Below are positions 39,856 through 49,768 of a stretch of DNA of 64,000 nucleotides, piece after piece. Where the stretch lies: positions 107,510,001-107,574,000 of the forward strand of contig NC_086107.1 in assembly GCF_963921235.1 (NCBI RefSeq), read 5' to 3'. Within the stretch, counting starts at the first letter, position 1, and each line of letters begins with the position of its first letter. This DNA comes from Mobula hypostoma (lineage: Eukaryota). The notes under the pieces were generated by a model, which was given only the letters and a program-made list of their open reading frames with translations, had not been told where the DNA came from and made no database searches. Both the position numbers and the translations under genes were made by a program.

Positions 39856-41525
39856 CTAGCGGAAGTTAGAGAAGTCAATGTTCATGCCATCAGGTTGGAG
39901 GCTACCCATACGGAATATAAGGTGTTGTTCCTCCAACCTGAGTGTGGCTTCATCTTTACAGTAGAGGAGGCCGTGGATAGACATGTCAGAATGGGAATGG
40001 GATGTGGAATTAAAATGTGTGGCCACTGGGAGATCCTGTTTTCTCTGGCGGACAGAGCGTAGATGTTCAGCAAAGCGGTCTCCCAGTCTGCGTCGGGTCT
40101 CACCAATATATAAAAGGCCACATCGGGAGCACCGGACGCAGTATATCACCCCAGTTGACTCACAGGTGAAGTGATGCCTCACCTGGAAGGACTGTTTGGG
40201 GCCCTGAATGGTGGTAAGGGAGGAAGTGTAAGGGCATGTGTAGCACTTGTTCCGCTTACACGGATAAGTGCCAGGAGGGAGATCAGTGGGGAGGGATGGG
40301 GGGGACGAATGGACAAGGGAGTTGTGTAGGGAGCGATCCCTGCGGAATGCAGAGAGGGGGGGGAGGGAAAGATATGCTTAGTGGTGGGATCCCGTTGGAG
40401 GTGGCGGAAGTTACGGAGAATAATATGTTGGACCCGGAGGCTGGTGGGGTGGTAGGTGAGGACCAGGGGAACCCTATTCCTAATGGGGTGGTGGGAGGAT
40501 GGAGTGAGAGCAGATGTACGTGAAATGGGGGAGATGCGTTTAAGAGCAGAGTTGATAGTGGAGGAAGGGAAGCCCCTTTCTTTAAAAAATGAAGACATCT
40601 CCCTCGTCCTAGAATGAAAAGCCTCATCCTGAGAGCAGATGCGGCGGAGACGGAGGAATTGCGAGAAGGGGATGGCGTTTTTGCAAGAGACAGGGTGAGA
40701 AGAGGAATAGTCCAGATAGCTGTGAGAGTCAGTAGGCTTATAGTAGACATCAGTGGATAAACTGTCTCCAGAGACAGAGACAGAAAGATCTAGAAAGGGG
40801 AGGGAGGTGTCGGAAATGGACCAGGTAAACTTGAGGGCAGGGTGAAAGTTGGAGGCAAAGTTAATAAAGTCAACGAGTTCTGCATGCGTGCAGGAAGCAG
40901 CGCCAATGCAGTTGTCGATGTAGCGAAGGAAAAGTGGGGGACAGATACCAGAATAGGCACGGAACATAGATTGTTCCACAAACCCAACAAAAAGGCAGGC
41001 ATAGCTAGGACCCATACGGGTGCCCATAGCTACACCTTTAGTTTGGAGGAAATGGGAGGAGCAAAAGGAGAAATTATTAAGAGTAAGGACTAATTCTGCT
41101 AAACGGAGCAGAGTGGTGGTAGAGGGGAACTGATTAGGTCTGGAATCCAAAAAGAAGCGTAGAGCTTTGAGACCTTCCTGATGGGGGATGGAAGTATATA
41201 GGGACTGGACATCCATGGTGAAAATAAAGCGGTGGGGGCCAGGGAACTTAAAATCATCGAAAAGTTTAAGAGCGTGAGAAGTGTCACGAACATAGGTCGG
41301 AAGGGATTGAACAAGGGGTGATAAAACAGTGTCGAGGTATGCAGAAACGAGTTCGGTGGGGCAGGAGCAAGCTGAGACAATAGGTCGGCCAGGACAGGCA
41401 GGTTTGTGGATCTTGGGTAGGAGGTAGAAACGGGAAGTGCGGGGTGTGGGAACTATAAGGTTGGTAGCAGTGGAAGGGAGATCCCCTGAGCGGATAAAGT
41501 CGTTGATAGTGTGGGAGACAATGGC
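39856..41525 (-). pseudogene. Penelope-type reverse transcriptase + GIY-YIG endonuclease, 5'-truncated and frameshifted
   Basis: In-frame upstream of ORF 40179-41216 is FYLLPKIHK..PGRPIVS, followed by MDVQSLYTSIP, QTKGVAMGTRMGPSYA, RYIDN (catalytic D changed to N), LPFLDL and VYYKPTD. A -1 frameshift occurs in a C8 run at ~40356-40363, then the PCKRNKCYTC linker and VIYCVRCSRCGLLYIGET..RFAEH..HF..LEEQHLI endonuclease. Confidence 0.92.
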
Positions 41526-42584
41526 TTTTCATTCTAGGACGAGGGAGATGTCTTCATTTTTTAAAGAAAGGGGCTTCCCTTCCTCCACTATCAACTCTGC
41601 TCTTAAACGCATCTCCCCCATTTCACGTACATCTGCTCTCACTCCATCCTCCCACCACCCCATTAGGAATAGGGTTCCCCTGGTCCTCACCTACCACCCC
41701 ACCAGCCTCCGGGTCCAACATATTATTCTCCGTAACTTCCGCCACCTCCAACGGGATCCCACCACTAAGCATATCTTTCCCTCCCCCCCCTCTCTGCATT
41801 CCGCAGGGATCGCTCCCTACACAACTCCCTTGTCCATTCGTCCCCCCCATCCCTCCCCACTGATCTCCCTCCTGGCACTTATCCGTGTAAGCGGAACAAG
41901 TGCTACACATGCCCTTACACTTCCTCCCTTACCACCATTCAGGGCCCCAAACAGTCCTTCCAGGTGAGGCATCACTTCACCTGTGAGTCGACTGGGGTGA
42001 TATACTGCGTCCGGTGCTCCCGATTTGGCCTTTTATATATTGGTGAGACCCGACGCAGACTGGGAGACCGCTTTGCTGAACATCTACGCTCTGTCCGCCA
42101 GAGAAAGCAGGATCTCCCAGTGGCCACACATTTTAATTCCACATCCCATTCCCGTTCTGACATGTCTATCCACGGCCTCCTCTACTGTAAAGATGAAGCC
42201 ACACTCAGGTTGGAGGAACAACACCTTATATTCCGTATGGGTAGCCTCCAACCTGATGGCATGAACATTGACTTCTCTAACTTCCGCTAGGCCCCACCTC
42301 CCCCTCGTACCCCATCTGTTACTCTTTTTTATGCACACATTCTTTCTCTCACTCTCCTTTTTCTCCCTCTGTCCCTCTGAATATACCTCTTGCCCATCCT
42401 CTGGGTCACTCCCCCCCCCCGTCTTTCTTCCCGGACCTCCTGTCCCATGATCCTCTCGTATCCCCTTCTGCCTATCACCTGTCCAGCTCTCGGCTCCATC
42501 CCTCCCCCTCCTGTCTTCTCCTATCATTTTGCATCTCCCCCTCCCCCTCCAGCTTTCAAATCCCTTACTCACTCTTCCTTCAGT

Positions 42585-42622
42585 TAGTCCTGACGAAGGG
42601 TCTCGGCCTGAAACGTCGACTG
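42585..42622 (+). ncRNA. Minimal type-I hammerhead ribozyme motif (intact core; predicted cut after C42617)
   Basis: Stem I AGTC/GACT, core CTGACGA, stem II AGG/CCT with a 7-nt loop, GAAA, loop-less palindromic stem III (ACGT) and a GUC cleavage triplet. Confidence 0.8.
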
Positions 42623-43860
42623 TACCTCTTCCTACAGATGCTGCCTGGCCTGCTGCGTTCACCAGCAACTTTGATGTATGTTGCTTGAATTTCCAGCATC
42701 TGCAGAATTCCTGTTGTTATGTGATACAAATGTTATGAGGAACTTAAGCAATTAATTTTTCAGCCGAAGTGTTTATGGAATGGATAACTAAGTGAAATAA
42801 GCAAGCAGGCAGTTTGGTGCAGTTTGTTGAGTTTGAATACAATGTTCTGCTCAGTGATGTTGTTTTGAGTAAGGACAGTGCACAGGACCAAAGTGTTTTT
42901 TTCCTGAATTGCATGATTCTTTAAATTACTTTAAATTACTTTGGGGTAAGCCTGAATGCTTTGATGTTTCTAATTGTCCAAGTTTGCTGTCTGAAGAGAC
43001 ACTTCATCTGTGCAAAAACATTTACCAAACTTATGAAAGATTATAAATGGGGAAAACATCTTGGGAAAGTTTTTTTTACATAAAATGCACTTTCTCATTA
43101 TGATGGAAGAGTTTTAAACAATAATCTAACAGGGTAGGATATATGGAAACAGATTGTTGCTAGTGGTAGAGGGATTTAACCTGATGTGAGATAATGAACA
43201 GAGCCAAAAAATAGCATTTGAAATTGGAATTCTCTTTCAAGATTAGTAGGGAAGGAAAAATAATATGAGAGTTTTAATTTAGATTAAATAGATAGATGTT
43301 AGAAAAGGAAACCAGTTGGTAAATATGATATGGGCCATAAAGATACTAAGTGTAAACATAAGCTTGAATGGGCTGAATTACTGGTCTCTGATTTCACATT
43401 TCTGTTCAGCCTTTTAAATCTGAATTTTTGAATCCTGAATCAGAATTTCAATCCTAGCCAACTAGCTATAAAGTGCAAGCTTGATGATTTTGGTTATTAC
43501 GGTTAGAAATAATGGGGAGCAGTTTGTTTTTTTATGTACTATTAACTAATTGTAAAGCATTAACTTAACAGTAATTTGACATTTAGATGTTGAAGCCAAA
43601 TAAATAAAAATGGGATTTTCAGAGTGACAGCTTTGTGACATCTGTCTTCTATGTGAGTTGCACATTGGATTGTTATGTTTTCTGTAGTCTCTTTCTGACA
43701 GAGAGGTACATTGGAAAATTGCAGTTTTTGCATTAGTTGTGCGTATCCGGCATAATTTGTGTGGATAAAATGTAGAGATAGTTATAATCTGGAGAATCAG
43801 ACTGGAGGATCCTCTGTATCTGATCTTTCATGACGTGCCTATTTGTGATCTGGTTCCTGA

Positions 43861-43990
43861 GGAGGAGATACCTTCAAGCAACCATTCATCAGGACCTTAG
43901 TACCCAGCAAACACTGCTTTCCTACTGAGACTGAGACCAGAGTTCTCTTGTTGTTTTTCAAGTTCTGTGTGTCAGTTTTTTTAATTAGCG
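43861..43990 (+). other. Candidate alternative 5' exon, copy A of a duplicated module
   Basis: Similar to 46836-46952 and ends at donor CG|GTGAGT (GT at 43991). A TGACGTG motif lies ~30 bp upstream. Confidence 0.4.
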
Positions 43991-46656
43991 GTGAGTTCTA
44001 TTTAGCATTCCCAGCTCTTAATCAGAGTTGAAGTTACCTGCCACACTTAAATTGATGTTATTCCGTTAAGATTGCCAATCCTGGATTGTCGGGAGTCTCC
44101 TGGAATTAATGTCTTCCAGAGACTGCTAAGTACAACTTGGGAAATGGATTGACCTGTCTGTACGCAGAGATTGTGCACGTTCGGACAATGAAATTGATCA
44201 ACCCAGACAGCATGCTGAGGTCTAATTTTCCAGGTTGAATGGGGAGGGAGCACCAGCCCTCCCATCCAAGGCATTCACAGGTTTAGAAGTACAGTTGTGT
44301 CTGATAGGATAACTCACTTCCCCCTAACCCCATGAACTAGTATGTGTGTTGAGGAGGAGCAGTTGCTTGAACAGGAGCTCACAGCAGTTCAAATAGCACA
44401 CATACGCATGGGCAGTATACAGTCCTTATTGTCAGTGAGGTCTGAAAGCATTGGATCTAAACATTTCATGATGTGATTGAGTGACAGCATTATACAAGAT
44501 AAGGCTTATTTCAGTGTAAAAGAGAATAATGTTTGTACTTTGTTATTGTGCCTTCTCGCTACAAAATTGTGTGACTTACTGCTATTTGAAAAGTACAGAA
44601 TTTGTGGATGTGCTAGCTCGTTTTTAGATCAAATTAAATCTTGGTTTTGTGTTCCTGGCTACTCAATTGAGAAACATTTAGCACTAATCCATGGTAAATT
44701 TAGGTTTCATTTCTGCTACAATAGGTCACACAAAGGTTTTGTTGGCACTTCTATTATGAAGGTAAAAACTGGTGTTTTTTGAGGACTTGTCTTGAACCCT
44801 TGATTTTTGTGTACATGAAGTGATTGAAATCTTTAGCGATTTTTGTTCTTCACAGATAAAATCCAAACTCTGGTGCAACCGAGAATCATTTTATAATTGA
44901 GCAGCATGCACAAAATGCTGGAGGAGCTCAGCAAGTCAGGCAGCATCTGTGGAGGGGAATAAACAGTCAATGTTTCTGCCTGAGCCCCTTTATCAGGCTG
45001 GAAAGGAAGGGACCAGATTACTGTATAATTGTTTTAGTCATTTCTTTTCCTGCTATTGTATAACACTGTATAACCAAATCTAGTAGAAGGTGAAAAAGGA
45101 TCATTCAAAATAGTGTTTCTCACAAGTTTAACAAGTGGAATGATTTTTTAAAAATTGGTGAAAAAGCAAGAATGTGGGAGCATTGAGGCACATTGGTGTT
45201 CTCTGGTATTGCTGATATAAAAATGAATGGAAATGCTGAGTTAGTTTTGCAAAAATGTAGCAATTTTAAAGATAGTAAATATATTAATCAAGCTGATTAT
45301 CATTTTTGGTTTAAGTCAATGCTACAGTTAAAGATCAGGAGAGCACGTAAATTCTTCACCCTAGTAATGAGTAGTATTTTGGAGAATGCACACGCAGTGA
45401 GTTTTCAATGTCTGATGAGATTGTAAATCTGTTTAAACAGATTGTGATGCAGACACTTGGCTAAGTTATTTGAGTTTATCCTAATGCAGTTTTTAGGAAG
45501 TAATTTTTAAAAATTCCTGGAAAAAAGATCTAATTTAAAAATGCATCAATACCTACACTTCACTAGGAAACTACCTATCATTGTACATAAATATGCTTAA
45601 TGTGTTGCTCATTCATTTAATGCATTTTCTAAGATTTTAAATTTTGATGCTCATACAATTTCACAACATTTGTGAGAATCTTTAATATTATGTTCATTGA
45701 GCTGTGAAATGCACGTGAGATTGTTGCCCATCCATATTCTGGAAATGATCTGTGCCGATTAACAAATTCATTAATTGATGTAAATATTCATTTGTAATTT
45801 TGTCTATTTTTAAGGTGAAAGTGGTACCTTCTCAAGTAAAGCAAGGACTGAAAATCCAAAGATTATTGTTCACCTTGCCAAAAAATCTGTAGTTGTTAAC
45901 CAGTGAAGTTTCAAGTGATTTTGAGCAAATTAATCTAAATGGAGATAAAGCAATGTGCATTTGAAGAACTGTTCATGCTGGAGAAAGTTACAGCCAGATG
46001 CTTTTTTTAAAAATTGGACCTGTGAAAAGCTGAAGGGGGCAAGGCCTTTTAATATGTCTATGTCAGCCAACAGTTGGAAGTCCATTTGGCCTGCTACTGA
46101 TAACCTGATTTATTGAATTCTATCGGAGGATTGAAAAGTCTCCTTATAGAGTGAAAAGAAACCTCCCCTTTTCCCAAGAGCTTTGGCTTACGTAGGTGGA
46201 TTCATGGTCATTGTACAGTCCCAAGCAGCTTGATGTATGATTGGTCAATAGGATGGCTGCTAGTCACCCATTTGAGGGTAGAATAATTGGCATAAGGCAT
46301 CAAAACTCAGCCTGATGTGTCATGCTCTATGTATAAATACTCTTCCTTAGTAGTCGCAAATTCAAAAATCAATTGATAATTTCTTCGTAGAGCTCTGGAA
46401 AATTGTGGATTGTTTGCACCAGAACAGTTTCTTGATTAAAGTTTTATTTCCAGGAAAGAAAATTGTTGATTTTAGGTACCACAATATATGAGGAAAGAGT
46501 ACTCTTTTTCTTCCAGGGGAAACAAATACTGTTGCAATATAATTTGGAAGTTGTGTTATAATTAGGACCACGAATCTGCTTGTGGCAGACAAGGGTTAAT
46601 AAAGTTCTTTCTCTATTGCAATACTCGTGAAATTCCAGCCTCCATTTTCTCTACAG

Positions 46657-47079
46657 TCGCCTCGGCATAATTTTTTCAGTGCGATGTTGTGAAAACTACA
46701 TGGGTTTCTGATTTCTTTCCTTCTACACCTCCTCCCACCTTTTCATTGACAGTCATCCGTTTAGTTATGAGGTGGGCAAACTGCCAAATATGTGTGACAG
46801 CAATTAAATGTATGCAAAGCAGCGTTGAATTTTGGGGAGGCGGTGCCTGCAAGCAACCATTCATCAGGACCTCTACCCAGCAAAAACTGCTTTACTACAG
46901 AGAGCGAGAACAGAATTTTGTTGCCATTTTTCAAGTTCCCACTGTGTGTGTCTACATCCATGTGTTTTTTTTGTATTTTTAAAATTTCCTGTCCCAGTAT
47001 TTGGCTGGCTTTCAACCGTCGCAGAGATCTTTTGTCTTATTTTGTCGTTCTCTCATCGGTTGAGACGTGCTTGAGATTG
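46657..47079 (+). other. Candidate alternative non-coding exon containing copy B of the duplicated module
   Basis: Repeat-free segment with raised CpG. Possible acceptor TTTTCTCTACAG (ends 46656) and donor TG|GTGAGC (GT at 47080). Confidence 0.4.
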
Positions 47080-48615
47080 GTGAGCGTTAAATGGGAATGA
47101 AAAATATGCAATTTTTTTCCAAAACACAAAATGTACCCTGCCTCACTAGGGGGGAAAATAAAGGTCATAGTTAGAAAGAATTTCAAATAGTCAATTCTTG
47201 CTTATACAATCTTTGCAAAAAAAGATGTTACATCTTTTAATTCCCTGAGAAAATAACGACTTACTTGAGATGTTGTTTGAATTGATAATTTGGTTCAAAT
47301 TTCTTTCTTTTTAAGTGTTGGTTTGGTGTGCAGTGTTAATATTTGAATTTTATGTATCTTAGAGTTTAAAAAATTGTCTGATAATTTATTGCTAAATTTC
47401 AAAATGTTGCCCTTACAGTAATTTTACTGTTGCATATTTGTCATACTACATATTTCATAACATTACTTGATTTTTTTTTTGGGTCTCAAGCACATCTCTT
47501 CCTATGTGAAACCTTGCAATTTTTGTTTTGTTTTGCTGTGGATTTTGCCTCCTTTCCCTATTTCTCAACTCCACCCACTGGGCAAAGGACTGGTGGTGAA
47601 CACAGGTGCCAGTTCATTGTTGGGCTTTTGCCCAAATGATCAATCTCTGAATGTGAATTTTGACTGTGAAGATGTCAAATTCTTTGAAGGACGTATCACA
47701 GCTGATTGATGCTATCTCATCCAGTAACCAGGCATATGACTTTCTCAGCAATCTAGTTACCAGTCAGGAGGCATGGTTATTTTGCTTTCTCTTCCTTCTC
47801 CTAGGTGTGATGTGATAGTTGTAATATAACAATAATCTCCCAATGAAGTGAGAATAAGCTATGGCATAAAATAGAAAGATTATTAGCTCGGAATGTCGGA
47901 TCACAGTGGCTGGAACTAAGGCATGAAGAGCCAAAACATTGAGAAAAGTTTATGATGCCGCCTCTTCTTTTCCTCATTTCTCTCTCCACACCTGCTGTGT
48001 AGTTGTAATGCTAAGAAGGCTAAGCTCTGAAAATCAAAGGATAATGTCATCAGGTGCTATAGTCGATGGGAGCTTTGATGTTCGTGTAGATTGGACAGAC
48101 CAACAGAAGATGGGTTTATTATTTGATTTCATAGTTTCTTCTTCTGGCATATCCAGGGACCAACTAGGGAAAATGCATTTTGGACCAAGTTTTGTGCAAA
48201 GTTAGGCTAATCTCGTTGTAGAAGTATGTCAAGGGATGAGTTGACATAAAATAATTTTTATATTGAGTCTGAAAGTGAATTAGTTAAGTAACTAATTTGC
48301 TAGGTGTTGGCTATGTCGCATTGTGAAAGTAGATTTCAAAGTCAGTCGATTAGTTAAAGGTAAATACTCAATAAAAGGATTTGTATTGTAACTCCTAATT
48401 CAAAATTCCCTAATCAGGGGGAATAATTACCAACATCTACCCTTTCTTTAGGTCATTTAAGCTGGAGATTTGATGCATTTTAATTCTGTTAATTGTTCCG
48501 GTACTTGTTCTGTGCTAATACATTGAATGGATATTACTTTTATGGAATAAAATACTCAAATGCGATATAGTTGGTCCAAACATGAGCGCTGAGAAGTTGA
48601 TCAAGAAGTTTATAA

Positions 48616-48679
48616 GCAACACACACAATACTGGAGGAAATTCTTGGTTTTCCACCATCTGCAGATTTTCTCTTGTTTG
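48616..48679. mobile_element. Minimal inverted Penelope insertion (64 bp)
   Basis: 14-bp TSD CAAGAAGTTTATAA at 48602-48615 and 48680-48693. Minus-strand pre-tail GCAACACACACAATACTGGAGGAA is joined to plus-strand tail TTTCCACCATCTGCAGATTTTCTCTTGTTTG. Confidence 0.8.
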
Positions 48680-49768
48680 CAAGAAGTTTATAATATTGTT
48701 TTAAGACCATAAAATATAGGAGTAGAATTAGACCACTTGGCCTATTGTGTCTGCTTTGCCATTTCATCGTGGCTGAACCTTTATTGAGTAAAGAAACAAA
48801 TGAAAGTTGGAAGTTTAATTGAGAAAATTTTTAGAATTTGACTAAGGATGCTGTGCGGAGAAAACGGTGTGTGATAAAATAGAAAATGTATAATTTTTAT
48901 TTGTATGTAAACTGAGATGAGTAAAAGTAATTTGGATCCCAAACTAACACAGAAAGGAGAAATTATAAATTTAATTCTTAACAGGAAATGACAAAAAGAT
49001 TACACATTTTCATAATGTAAGTTAAATGTGTTCCAGAAATAATTGGGAAACCAAATCTCTGGTGAGAATGAGGAACTTAAAAACTAGTATTAGTACAGAA
49101 AAGATTTGGGAGTAACTAATAGAAAAAAAGCTATCAAGCTCCCAGACATGAAAGCTGGAGATTATTCCTGCTGGTTAGAATTAGGAGTTGGTCTCAAAAT
49201 TAGTTGGCCACTTAGACTGAGATTGTATGAAGAAAATTCTCCCAAAATGTTTTGTAATTCTCTATCTCTAGAGGACTGTGGATATTCAGATGTGTGTGTG
49301 TATATATATCAACATTTAATTGCTAGATTTTCAAATGCAAAAGAGATTAAGAGTTAATGACGATTGTTCTGACAATTAGAGTTGAGGGGGAATAACAGCC
49401 AATGATTAGAGTAGACATCGTTTGAATTGGCAGCTAGTCTACTTCTGCATAAATTGTTCCTTTCACATAATCATCTCAATGAGCCTTCCAGGGAATCAAT
49501 GCTGTTGGTAAAATAGATGAATGTATTGCATTAGTGCTTCCTGATTACACCATTCAAGGTAATATTCTACACAAGCATGAGATTGCTTTAGAAACCAAGG
49601 AGAAAATTCACAAAATTAGGGGTTTTCACTTTGATAATTTGGTCCTTCAAATTTACTGAGTGATGTCTAAGGTGTCGTGTCTGAGAATAAACATGAGGAA
49701 AAGTAAGCTTAATGTATTTGCATTTAACCATGCTAGAACAACTGTGATGGAGTTAAATTGAGGACTTA

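Larger units (their letters stand above)
39463..42715. mobile_element. Young Penelope-like (Neptune-like) retroelement: 5'-truncated minus copy (39463-~41525) fused to an inverted plus copy (41523-42715)
   Basis: 16-bp TSD GTTATGTGATACAAAT at 39447-39462 and 42716-42731. Inverted arms 39463-40623 and 41523-42682 are nearly identical. It has PLE RT and GIY-YIG coding sequence and a hammerhead motif in each arm. Confidence 0.95.

Noticed and set aside
41437..41967. 176-aa + strand ORF
   Set aside because: Chimera crossing the inversion junction: antisense RT sequence fused to the sense arm.
43870..43900. Minus-strand CTGATGA in the duplicated module as a hammerhead or C-box
   Set aside because: No GAAA with a pairing stem II in either copy, and no matching D box nearby.
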